IMG/VR virus record: IMGVR_UViG_3300031994_000020 | Length of the DNA stretch: 64,000 bases | From: a virus | Lineage: Duplodnaviria > Caudoviricetes | Reading direction: 5' to 3' (one strand) | Part shown: positions 38,044 through 49,895 of the stretch, piece after piece | How the letters are laid out: every line of letters starts with the position of its first letter | Position numbering within the stretch: position 1 is the first letter of the stretch | Made by a program: the position numbers and the translations under genes | Notes under the pieces: generated by a model | The model's database searches: none | Seen by the model: only the letters and a program-made list of their open reading frames with translations | What the model was told of the DNA's origin: nothing

Positions 38044-38649
38044 ATGAAAAGTAATAATGTTATATCTCAATTAATTATAAAAGGAGATTCTGAACATAGT
38101 ATTGAAGATGCTGTGTATAATATAGGTCCTGAATCAAAATATATTAGAGGTTTGTATCGTTCTAATAATAATAATTTTGATGAATATTATTTATTAGGAA
38201 CTGATACTATATCAACTTATTAGACGGAAGAAAGAGAAATAGATGGTGTTCCTATTGTTGTTAATGTAGAAGAAATAAAATTTTGTAGAGAAAGTGATGC
38301 TAGTAATTATTATGTTTTAAAGAAAGAGAAGTAGATTGAAAAGAATAAAAATATTGAATTAGTATCAGATAATGACGTTTTAACTTTTCAATTTAATAAT
38401 GAAGATGATATGCAATATATATCAGAATCTCAATCTATTAAACAAATAAATAATGTTATAGATATTTATGTAGAAGATGAAGATATAAATATTATTGGCG
38501 ATGTATAGCATGAGAATTAGTTCCTTTCTTTTGTTGAAAATGAAGGGATAGTTATTCAAGTTCTTCAAAAAGAAATAATATCTTCTACTAGAAAAATAGA
38601 TGGAATAATAAAAACTTTTACTACAGAATCTATTTCAGATCCGAATTGA
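38044..38649 (+). CDS. Hypothetical fibre-associated protein, paralogue of 41210 (4 TAG; absent from ORF track)
   Basis: MKSNNVISQL..YNIGPESKY..SNNNNFDE resembles MTTNNVISQL..YYIGPELKY..SNNHNLEE. Confidence 0.75.
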
Positions 38650-38665
38650 GAGAAAGGAGTTAAAA

Positions 38666-41002
38666 ATGCCAGACATTGTAAAAAGAATTAGTCTTAAAAA
38701 TAATCAAGGCGATTACACTAATTATGATATTGGTGCGGATGCTAACAATGTTAGTCTTGTTGAACCAATCAATATTGGTGGCAATATATATAATGATGCA
38801 GAATCTGCATTAAATGCTTTAAATAATAATAACAGCGATGTTGTAATTAAAGATTTTATATCTAAAACCTAGACTGGTCTTACTAGCTTTGATGGTAAAT
38901 ATGTATGGACTGATGGAAATGATATTTATTATTCAAATAATTATCAGCAGTATAAATTAAATAAAAATACCGGTGAATGGACTGAAGTTACTTGGGGCGG
39001 TTTAGCAAGTAATATTCAATTAGATGGTCAATATATATGGTCAGATGGAGAAGATACCTATTATTCAAGAAGCCTTACGGGACATCAATATAAATTAAAT
39101 AAGACTTCTGGAGATTAGGAAACAGCTACTTAGCAAGGAAAATCATTATTCAATGGAATAAATGTATGGACAGATGGAAATCAATATTATCTTTCATATA
39201 ATTCAGATCAATATGTATTGGATAAAACAACAACTCCATATACTTGGGTTGCAGTTACTTAGTCTACACCCGATGGAACATTTGGTGGGAATGGCTATTT
39301 TACGTAGTCAGACGGAAATAATACTTATTATTCTAGTGATAATACTCAATATGTTTTAGATAAAATAAATCCTTATACATAGACACAAATGACATAGACT
39401 GGATTAACTTCCTTTATTGGTTCTAATGTTTGGACTTCTAATGAAGGAGATATTTATCTTTCTGAAGGAACTAAACAATATGTTTTAAATAAAGAAACTT
39501 ATAATTGGTCTCCCGTATCATGGTCTATTCAATTAGTTGATCAAACTAATTTTAAGGGAGAACATATTTAGACTGATGGAAGTGATGTTTATTTCTCTTA
39601 TGGTTCAGAACATTTTATTTTTGACAATAGAAAAATAACAGAAGCTGGTGTACCAAATGGATTAGCTACATTAGATTCAAATGGTAAATTAAATAATACA
39701 CAAATTCCTAGTGGAGCAATGGTTAAGGGTATTGATTATGTTACCGCTGGACAAAAAGCTAACACTACTTTAGGAAATGGAGCTACTGCGGAAGGTCAGA
39801 ATACTACAGCAAGCGGACCTTATTCTCATGCTGAAGGGCAGAATACTACAGCAAGTGGACCATTAGCTCATGCAGAAGGACAAAGCACTGTTGCAAAAGA
39901 AGTAAATGCTCATACAGAAGGTAATGGAACAACAGCTTCTAATGCAAATACTCATGCAGAAGGACTTTCAACAATTGCTTCTGGCCCTAATGCACATGCG
40001 GAAGGTAGTGGCACTGTTGCAAGAGAAGCAAATACACATGCTGAAGGTAATAGTACAACAGCTTCTAACGCAAATGCTCATGCAGAAGGATATTTAACAA
40101 TTGCTTCTAATGCAAATGCACATGCGGAAGGTAATGGTACAACAGCTGCTCATACAAATGCTCATGCAGAAGGTTTTAAAACTGTAACTGGTAATGCTAA
40201 TCAGCATGTAGGCGGAAGATGGAATATAGGTAGAAATAATACTTTATTTGAAATTGGTAATGGTACAGCAAATAATGCAAGATCAAATGCTTTTGAAGTA
40301 TATGAAGATGGAAATATATTTGTTGCAGGAAATGTTGCTAATAATAGGAAAGAAACATTTGTAACTAATAGAGGAATACTTAATTCTTCTTTTGTTATTT
40401 CAGATGATTTTAAAAATAATAGTATTTATTCTTATTTTAGTAATTCTACTGAAAATATAAATATATATATTAATGGTGCTAAATATTTTGGTATTAAAAC
40501 ATCAAATAATGTTTATTTATATACAGGACAAGTTAGTACTGGATATAATGGAATATATGTAAGAGTATTTAATGAAAGCACAGGATTATTAATACATCAA
40601 GGATATTATAATGATGCATCTTTAACTACCACTTTAGAATTAACAGGGAATATTAATTATACATTTTATTTCTATGATATGAATAATGCTCCTTGGGATG
40701 AACATATTATTTATAAAGAATATTGGTTTGGAAGTGGATCACAAGCTGCCGGTCCAGCTGTTGAATGTTCGACATTAGATTCGCATACTTCACTATATTA
40801 TGGAGTAGTAGATGTTGGTATTCCTAATTATCGTTTAGTATCTGCTAATCTTACATCTTCTTGGACACCTACTCCTGATAAAATAACGCCTACACTTTTA
40901 TTAAGAGATTGGGATAAGATTAGGATTTTTGTGGGAGCGAGTCCAGAAACTCTTACTATGGGGTTAAGATGTTTATATCTTAAACGTGGAAGCGAAACAT
41001 AA
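38666..41002 (+). CDS. Tail fibre/receptor-binding protein 1 (778 aa; 8 TAG)
   Basis: N-terminal YDIGADA anchor, six approx. 42-aa Trp repeats, 14-aa HAEG (YadA-head-like) repeats, FEIGNGT neck. Confidence 0.8.
38870..39625 (+). repeat. Six Trp-rich coding repeats (WxxxxW...W[TS]DG..YYS..QY.L.K)
   Basis: Visible on translation; Trp columns use TGG (9) or TAG (8). Confidence 0.85.
39785..40175 (+). repeat. 42-bp coding repeats (AHAEGxxTxAS)
   Basis: About 10 tandem 14-aa units; a related array lies at 46945-47250. Confidence 0.85.
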
Positions 41003-41081
41003 AAAATGAAATAGATCTATTTTTTATATTTAAAAAATTTTATCAAAAATTCAAGATAATAAAATTGTTTTTTAAAAAATT

Positions 41082-41121
41082 AAGGGGACTTAATCATTAG
41101 ATTAAGTCCCCTTTTCTTTTT
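41082..41121 (+). terminator. Rho-independent terminator
   Basis: AAGGGGACTTAATC/GATTAAGTCCCCTT plus T tract. Confidence 0.85.
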
Positions 41122-41209
41122 GGTCAATTATAGTAAATAATGCTTTTATCTTTTTAAAATATAATATTAAAGAAGATATTTTATTAAGAGTAAAAAGGAG
41201 GGACATTAA

Positions 41210-41773
41210 GTGACAACAAATAATGTTATTTCACAATTAAATATAAAAAGATCAAGTGATGGATACGATACTTATTATATTGGTCCAGAATTAAAATATG
41301 TTGGTAGCTTAGCTACATCTAATAATCATAATCTTGAAGAACAAATGATAATGGGAGTAGATAGACAAATTGTTTCTTATTATGATGAAGTAAATAAAGC
41401 GCAAATTGAAATAATAGATTTTCGTAGAAATAGCGATACAAAATATTATACTTTAGAAAAAATAAAGTATGATGGAGATTATGGTATGAGTGTTGCTTAT
41501 GTTCAAGGAAATGTATTAAATTTTAATACTTCTAATATATTTTGTTCACAAGATCATATTTTAGATCAAAATGAATATGATCCAAATATGATTTTTACAG
41601 ATAATAAATTTGATATAACATCAGACTCTATATTAGAAGTAGATACTCTTTATTATACAGATCCTGATGATACAAGCGTACCTGATGGAAAGAAAGCAAT
41701 ATCTATAAAAACAACAATGAGAATTACTAAAGGCGGTCATTCTATGATTGTTGAAACTGTTCAAGAGCCTTGA
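41210..41773 (+). CDS. Hypothetical fibre-associated protein, paralogue of 38044
   Basis: Intact ORF, AAGGAGG RBS, shared N-terminus. Confidence 0.7.
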   Translation: MTTNNVISQLNIKRSSDGYDTYYIGPELKYVGSLATSNNHNLEEQMIMGVDRQIVSYYDEVNKAQIEIIDFRRNSDTKYYTLEKIKYDGDYGMSVAYVQGNVLNFNTSNIFCSQDHILDQNEYDPNMIFTDNKFDITSDSILEVDTLYYTDPDDTSVPDGKKAISIKTTMRITKGGHSMIVETVQEP

Positions 41774-41802
41774 TAAAATAAGAGAAAAGGAGTGGTAAAA
41801 AG

Positions 41803-42078
41803 ATGCCAAATAAGATTATAAATCAAATTAATTTAAAAAATTCTGATGGACAATCATCTGAACTTTATGATATAGGTGCTAATGCTGTTAATGTTATGTA
41901 TGATAATGATACTAATATAAAAACAAAGATTGATAGTAAAGCAGATACACAAGCGGTAGGTCAATCTATTCAACAAATAAGAAATGTAATTCCATCTACC
42001 GCAACAAGTAGTAATCAATTAATAACAGCGAATGATTTAGATACTGCAATATATGATGTTCTTAATACCCCCGTTTAA
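41803..42078 (+). CDS. Short fibre anchor-only protein
   Basis: MPNKIINQINLKN..YDIGANA N-terminus shared with 38666 and 43791. Confidence 0.65.
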   Translation: MPNKIINQINLKNSDGQSSELYDIGANAVNVMYDNDTNIKTKIDSKADTQAVGQSIQQIRNVIPSTATSSNQLITANDLDTAIYDVLNTPV

Positions 42079-42096
42079 TAAAAGGAGGTAATAAAA

Positions 42097-42783
42097 ATGA
42101 GTTTAAAAAGTGTTTTCGTTGATATAGCAAATAGTATTAGAAGTAAAACTGGAACTTCTGAATTAATTAAGCCCGTAGATATAGCAGATGTAATAAATAA
42201 TAGTACTTTAGGCGGCGGTGAATTTGTAATTGCAGATAATGGAGCATTAAAATTTAATTCTAGTGTATTTAATATGCCTGTGAATATTTCTGATAATGTC
42301 ACTGATATGCGTAATTGTTTTTATGGTTGTAGTAATTTTAATCAACCTATTAACATACCTAATAACATTGCTTATATGGGTGGCTGTTTTGCAGGTTGTG
42401 ACAACTTTAATCAACCTATTAATATATCTAATAATGTTACTAATATGTATGAATGTTTTGCAGGTTGTACTAATTTTAATCAACCTGTTAATATACCTAA
42501 TAACATTGCTCATATAGAGCGTTGTTTTTTGGGTTGTAGCAATTTTGGGCAGAATATTTTTTTAAACAAAACTAATTTAACCCCTATGTTTTATAGATCT
42601 ATGCTTGGATCTTGTAATAATTCAAAAACAAAACGAATTTTCATTGGGGCCGGAGTTTCTCCTGGTAATCTTATAGCTTATACTAATGAATTTTCAATAG
42701 TTGGAAATACAATCACATAGTCATCAAATTCAAATTGCACATATAATACAGCATATAATATATATATTTATAATAATAGATAA
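42097..42783 (+). CDS. BspA/DUF285-like LRR protein 1 (TAG at 42718)
   Basis: 22-aa repeats FNQPINIPNNxxxMxxCFxGCxN; reads through to TAA 42781, adjacent to the next RBS. Confidence 0.8.
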
Positions 42784-42797
42784 AGGAGGTACAATGA

Positions 42798-43766
42798 ATG
42801 GCGATTTTAGAAGATGTTTTTATAAATATAGCTAATAGTATTAGAAGTAAAACTGGAACCTCTGAATCAATTAAACCTATAGATATGCCAAATATAATAA
42901 ATAATATAAGTGCTGGCGGTATTTATAATATAACTACAGGAAATGCAGCAACATCATTTAATAAAGAAACATTTAATTATCCTGTTAATATTTCTAATAA
43001 TGTTACTGATATGAGTAATTGTTTTAATAATTGTACTATTTTTAATCAGCCTATTAATATACCTAATAGTGTTACTAATATGTGTAATTGTTTTATACAT
43101 TGCTATGAATTTAATCAACCTGTTAATATACCTAATAGTGTTACTGATATGAATAATTGTTTTAGCTATTGTGGTTTTGGTTTTAATCAACCTATTAATA
43201 TACCTAATAGCGTTACTAATATGGAAAGTTGCTTTCATTTTTGTAATAATTTTAATCAACCTATTAATATACCTAATAATATTACTAGTGTGTATGATCT
43301 TTTTTATAATTGCTATAGTTTCAATCAATATGTAAATATACCTAATAGTGTTACTAATATGTGTGATTGTTTTAGTGGTTGTTAGAATTTTAATCAACCT
43401 GTTAATATACCTAATAATGTAGCAAGCCTTTATTATTGTTTTAGAAATTGTAAAAATTTTAATCAGCCTATTAATATTCCTAATAGTATAACAAATATGG
43501 AAGGTTGTTTTGAGGCTTGTCAAAATTTTGAACAAGATATTATTTTAAAGAAAACTGATTTGCTTCCTATTATGTATGCAAATATATTTAAAAATTGTAA
43601 TAATTCAAAAAGAAAACAAATTTTTGTTGGTATAGGAGGGTCTCCTGGAAATCTTATAGCTTATACTAATAGATATTCAATAGTTGGAGATACAATAACA
43701 TAGACAACAAATTCAAATTGTGCTTATAATACAGCTTTCAATATATATATTTATAACAATAAATAA
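42798..43766 (+). CDS. BspA/DUF285-like LRR protein 2 (TAG at 43383, 43701)
   Basis: Paralogue with more 66-bp repeats; same N- and C-terminal caps. Confidence 0.8.
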
Positions 43767-43790
43767 CAAATAAAGGAGGTATAAAATAAA

Positions 43791-46700
43791 ATGCCATTAA
43801 TCAAACAAATTAACTTAGACAACGATGGTGTTGTAACCTCATATGATATTGCGGCAGATGCTACTAACGTAGAATTACAAAGCCCTGTCACAATAGATGA
43901 ACAACAGTATGAAACTGCGGGAGGCGCGTTAGAGGCGGCCGCCGCAGCTATAAATAACATAGAAATAGATATAGCTGATCTTGGTATAAGCAAGATAGGT
44001 ATATCTCAGATTGGTATGGCTAATGGTGTTGCAAGTCTTGATGCTAATGGTAAGATACCAGTTTCTCAGTTGCCTAGTACCGGTTCGGATGTATATCGTT
44101 ACAATATAGTTACCAAATCAACGGGCGGTTCGGATGCAGCGATAACTATAAAGAAATATCTTAATGAAGAGTTGGTATCATCAACTGACTACCCTTATAA
44201 GACATTTGATCATACCCATGTGATTATTGATAGTTTATTTGACATGATTTATGCCGAAGATGGTCAGGCTAAGTATACAATGACTTTACTTGAGAACTCT
44301 ACCGATCATAATGCCGGATATTCAAGAAGATGGCAATACAATGAAACTGTAGACTTCTCAGAAACATTCATAATGTCAGATGAAGATATTTCGTTTATCG
44401 CTCCTCCATTCTACGCAAATGTATCATATGTTGTTGGCGATAAAGTAACACGTAATGGTAACTTTTACAGATGTAAAATGCCTCATACCGGTGCATGGGA
44501 TATTGCTGATTTCGATAAGATATCTGTGGATGAGTTATTTGACGAGGTGTATGATTCTCTTGATGATATCGCAATTGACATAACGCAACTTGGTATAAGT
44601 AAGGTAGGCATTTCCCAGGTTGGTATCGCTGGAGGTGTTGCTAGTCTTGGTAATGACGGTAAGGTACCGAACAGTCAGTTACCTGCTATACCTACGAAAG
44701 TTTCAGAACTTCAAAATGATAGTGGATTTATTACAGGATATACAGAAACCGATCCTACAGTTCCCGCCTGGGCGAAAGCTTCTACTAAGCCTAGCTATAC
44801 TGCAAGTGAGGTCGGCGCAGTTGCAACTACAGCTGTCGGTAGCGCTAATGGAGTCGCTGAACTAGATAGCACAGGTAAGGTACCTGCCGCACAGCTTCCT
44901 TCTTTTGTTGATGAAATTATAGAAGGTTATCTGAATCCCGCAGATGGTAAGTTTTATGAAGAATCTACTTATGAAACAGAAATACTTGGGGAAGAAGGTA
45001 AGATATATACTGAATTAGCAACTAATAAGACTTATAGATAGTCTGGTTCCGCATTCGTTGAGGTAAGTGAGAGTCTTGCTCTTGGTGAAACATCATCTAC
45101 CGCATATGCGGGCAATAAAGGTAAAGCAAATGCAGATGCGATTGCCGCAATTAAAGATGGAACTAACATTGACAGTTTTAGTGATGTTGAGACTGCTCTT
45201 AGTAATAAGCAGCCTAAGACTCTTGATACTCCTATAGTAGTAGATGAAACAAGTTATACTACTGTAGAATCTGCTATGAATGCTATTAATAATAAAGCTG
45301 TGATAGTAGATGATGAAATGTCTGATACAAGTATTAATCCTGTTCAGAATAAGGTTATTACAGAAGCTTTAAATGGCAAAGAAGATGTGATGGAATATAC
45401 CTCTGATACTAATGTGCTTGAAGTAAATTTACAGCATAGTGCTTTAGTATCAGGCATGGCGATTGACATACAGCCCATACAGGACTTACACGGATATGAT
45501 AAACCGTGGGTTGGTGGCGCTTCAAAACAGCTTCTCCCCTTAACGGTAGCAGGATTAAAAGCATTAAACACCACAGGAACATGGTCTGGAAATAATTATT
45601 CCATTCATGGTGGAGTGATAACCCTTTTAACAGATACGGATGAAAACGTAATAGGGATAAATGCAAACGGGACATTTACCACAAGAGTAGACTTTTCTTT
45701 AGGTAGCGTGTCTCTTAATGGAAGTTATGTTATAAGTGGTTCAACAAATGGTGGTTTGGATAAGTGGATTATATGGACAAGAAGCCACGGCACAGTATTA
45801 TCCGAAATGTCCATGGATGGTGCGGGATATTATAGTGAGACATCAGGAAGTGCCAAAGAATCAGTATTAACTATTTATCCCGGAACGATTAGCAATCAAA
45901 AGTTCTATCCAATGCTTTGCTTGCAGTCTGCTGAAAATCCGACTGTATTTGAACCGTATACAAATGAATGTGCGATAAGTGGAACAAGCAAATTAGATAT
46001 CGTTTGCGCACAGACTTCCCAAATGCTGATACCTACAAATAATGAAAGCGTATATGGTAACGGTTTAACAATGTATTATTTGGGTAAAGGTAAATACAGA
46101 GTAAAAGGAATGCCGACAGCAGGAGCAGGCTTATATAAGAGAATTCAAAGCTTTTATATTTATGGTGGTGATAATTGTCGAGTAAAATTTAGAAATAATA
46201 TAGCAAATAGTGGCATTAGTTTGTCATTTATGAGCGGCTCATCTGTTTTAGATACCTTTTCATTAAATACAGTAAATAGAGAAGGAGGATACAATGCACT
46301 TAAAAATAAATATTGTGATGCTTTTAGAGTAAATATCACTAATACGGGAACATACCTTGATTTTACATTTCAAGTGGAGTTTTATGATTCCCAATTATAC
46401 AATGCCTACACCATCGACCTCAATGGCACACGCTACGGAGGAACACTTGACGTAAAGACGGGCGTGCTGACGGTAGATAAGAAGTTCGCCACCAAAAGAT
46501 GGGGAACATATACACGTACAGATACATTAGGTAAGATGGTTCGTAGACAGATAGGTGCGTTATCCGATGCAAAATCAAACACCACTAATATTATATCAGA
46601 ATTAGCTCCGATGGTGCGTGATTGGGATTCGGACACTTGCCATTTCTATTTGGCAACACAGAATGTAACAATGTTCCTTCCTGTTGGTACGTCAGATGAC

Positions 46701-48695
46701 ACCGAAGTAAATGTGGTATATGAATTAGATACTCCTCTCACCGTTCAGCTTACCCCTACACAGGTAGAATTACTTAAAGGCTATAACTACATTTCAGTTA
46801 ATGGAAATACAGTGATAAGTAAGTTAAATGCTTTTTCGGATGATGCTGTTAAGTATTTAGAGCCGATTATTGATGGGAAGATGACTAAAGGTGTCGACTA
46901 TGTAACAGCCGGACAGAAAGATGGAACAACTCTCGGAACATATGCTACGACAGAAGGACATAATTCCTCTGCTCCTGGTTATGCTGCTCATACAGAGGGA
47001 AGTAACTCAGCAGCAAGCGCATCATGTGCTCATGCAGAAGGATCTGGTACAAGAGCATCTGGTCAGTATTCGCATGCGGAAGGAGAGCAAACAGTAGCAA
47101 GTGGAACATGTGCTCATGCAGAGGGACATGGAACTTCTGCTGGACGTTAGTCACATGCTGAAGGGTACGAAACTAATGCGGAAGAATATTCCCATTCAGA
47201 AGGTCGTGGTACTAATGCTGGATATACTTATTCTCATGCTGAAGGGTATTATACCCAAACAAATTGTGATTATCAACATGTTCAAGGTAAATATAATGAA
47301 GGTAAGCGAGAAACGGCATTTGAAATAGGTAATGGTACGTCAGAAAATGCTCGTTCTAATGCTTTTGAGGTTGATTGGAGTGGCAATGTGACCGCGGCCG
47401 GAGATATTACTGATGGTAATGGTAATAAACTTGCCGATAAGTTAAATTCCGTAAATCCAGCAGTAACTGGACAATTAACTATTGATGGAGTGAGTATTCA
47501 AAAATATGCAACTAAAGACTCGATGGCGTATCAGACGACAATATACGCTTCCCAAGAAGGTGAAACAACATTTAGAGCCGATTATACTGATTGTATTGTT
47601 GATTTTGCTGTAAACGGTTCCATTGTTGATACCGGAATTATACCTTATACTTATAATGGAATAAGTGTCAGTGGTAGTAGTATGACATATGACGGTTCAC
47701 AGGATAAAGACGTAATTGTAAAGATTTACTATGTTGATTCTGTTGGAGTAAAAGTAGACGGTGATGTTATTGATAGTTCTGGAAATGTATTAAGAAATAA
47801 ACTTAATTCTTCAGATATAAGCGCGTAGGCGAAAGCAAGTACGAAGCCAACGTATACAGCATCCGAAGTGGGGGCAATAGCTGTTGATGCAGGCTTTGTA
47901 CATACAGATGATATAACATACGACCCTGATATAAAAACAGTAACGTGTACAAAGAGTGTAAATGGTTGGACGTCACAGATATACTCAAAATCAGGATATG
48001 TTGATAATGTATTTGTAACATTTAAGCCAGATTCAAGAAATGGGTATCGTATGGTTGGGCTTGATTCTAATCCATCTGAATCAGTAGACTTCACTTCTAT
48101 TGATTTTTGCTTCTTTTGTCAAGGTGGTGGAAGCTTATACATATTTGAAAGCGGGACACAGATAACACCACCTGCTGGGCATACTACCTATAGTGCTGGG
48201 GATGAATTACGCATAGAGTATAGTGATGGATTTGTTAGATACTATCACAACGGGGAGCTTGTCAGAAGCGTAGCAAGAGCTATTGGCAATCCTTTATATC
48301 TCGATTCATCATTCTACAATAGCGGAAGTGTGTATGATGTTGAGTTTGGAGCAGGACTCGGAAATACAAATAAGCCGACAGTTGTATATGAAGTGGGACA
48401 ATTAAGCAATAGTCAGACTTTGGTAGATAGTTTTAAAGAGTTTGCAAGAGCACATAGTGCAGAGCCTACAATAAGTTTTGAGGGCATAGGCTATATAAGC
48501 GGCGGCACTCAATCTGATTTACCAGCGGTTTCTACTGTATGGACTTATGCAACAGTTAAATTTATAGTCCGATTTGCCGAAACTTTAGGCAGAGAAGATG
48601 GTACAATTATATTATATGGCTATGATTCTAACAAAATAGCTATGAAAGCAATCGCCAATGGTACTGCTCGAAGTGGATGGTTAATACTTGAATAA
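43791..48695 (+). CDS. Tail fibre/receptor-binding protein 2 (1634 aa; TAG at 45039, 47148, 47826)
   Basis: 4 fragments in one frame; GVASLDxxGKVP repeats, NKTYR[TAG]SGS, HAEG repeats, mosaic C-terminal domains. Confidence 0.8.
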
Positions 48696-48734
48696 AAGAA
48701 GTATTTTTAAGAAAAGTAAGGAGGAAATAAACAA

Positions 48735-49004
48735 ATGGCAAAGTATGCAGTAGTAGAATGCAACAACAGTAATTTCAGCATAGTATCTGAATGGACGGAT
48801 AACAAAGACGGGGCTATTTCTGATTGACACAGGGAATGTAGGACTTTAATGAACGCTCCCGACGTGAAAAGAGCAGTGGTTAAGGTAGTTGACGAGGATT
48901 TTAACTTGGTAGACGGCAAGCAGGAGCTTATTTTTCATCCCGATGAAATACCACAGTCCGAAATGCCTGCGGAGGATGATGATGCGGAAAATGAACCTGC
49001 ATAA
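48735..49004 (+). pseudogene. Small fibre-associated gene with in-frame TGA at 48825
   Basis: AAGGAGG RBS; MAKYAVVE..ISD[TGA]HRECRTLMNAPDV.. continues as plausible protein to TAA 49002. Confidence 0.55.
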
Positions 49005-49158
49005 ATAATCTTGTCAGCTGTGTAATTAGTGGAACATTTGATGGTACTGTTACTAACTATTCGCCTATAACTGCGGGAGTATCAGCAACAATAACATTCA
49101 CATAAGTAAAGTAACATAAAACGAACATTTTTAACGGAAAAATAAGGAGGATAAAAAC

Positions 49159-49242
49159 ATGAAATATGCAATAACATGGACAACTAATACAGATTGTGTG
49201 TATAATACAGCTTTTAATATATATATTTATAATAATAAATAA
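49159..49242 (+). pseudogene. 27-aa chimeric relic ORF (MKYA start fused to LRR C-terminal cap)
   Basis: AAGGAGG RBS; MKYAITWTTNTDCVYNTAFNIYIYNNK nearly matches the ends of both LRR genes. Confidence 0.7.
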
Positions 49243-49376
49243 GAAAGAGTACTCGCAGATACTGTAAAGAAATGCAGCTGCAAGGGCTTATTTAAAAATT
49301 TTTTAATACGTTCGGACAAACTAAATAAATCTATTTTAATGTAATTTCATATATATTATCAAGGAGGATAATATAT

Positions 49377-49895
49377 ATGATTACATTAGCAATAGATGCT
49401 TCAACGAAGTCAACAGGTTAGAGCATATTTGAAAATCAAGAATTAAAAGATTATGGTTGTATTACGGCTTCAAGTTCAAATCTCTACAATAGAATAGATA
49501 AAATGATAGAAGAAATAGATAAGATACTTCAAAAATATAATATAGAGCAAGTTGTAATTGAAGAAGTATTACCAGAAGATGTTAAAGGTAATAATTCTGT
49601 TTTCAAAGCACTTATGTATCTTCAAGCATTTATCGCACATAAATTAAATCAATATGATATTATTCCAAAATTTATAGTATCATCAGAGTGGCGAAAAAAA
49701 TGCGGGATTCATACTGGGCCTGGGATTCGTAGAGAGAGTCTCAAACCAAAAGACATTGCCTTTGTAAAATCTCAATTTGGTATTAATACAAATGATGATG
49801 TTGCAGATGCAATATGTATAGGATTTGCTGCGGTAGGTGGTACTATCAAAGAAAACCAAGTGATAAAAACAGATGATGGATTTGAGTTTGCATGA
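49377..49895 (+). CDS. RuvC-like Holliday junction resolvase (TAG at 49419)
   Basis: LAIDASTKSTG[TAG]SIF, VVIEE, SEWRK, DDVADAICIG. The first catalytic Asp lies upstream of the TAG. Confidence 0.85.

Noticed and set aside
39785-43500. CRISPR array
   Set aside because: The 42-bp and 66-bp periodicities are degenerate in-frame coding repeats with no unique spacers.
42097-49242. Diversity-generating retroelement (49170-49242 as template for the LRR ends)
   Set aside because: No reverse transcriptase in the window, and the mismatches are not confined to template adenines.
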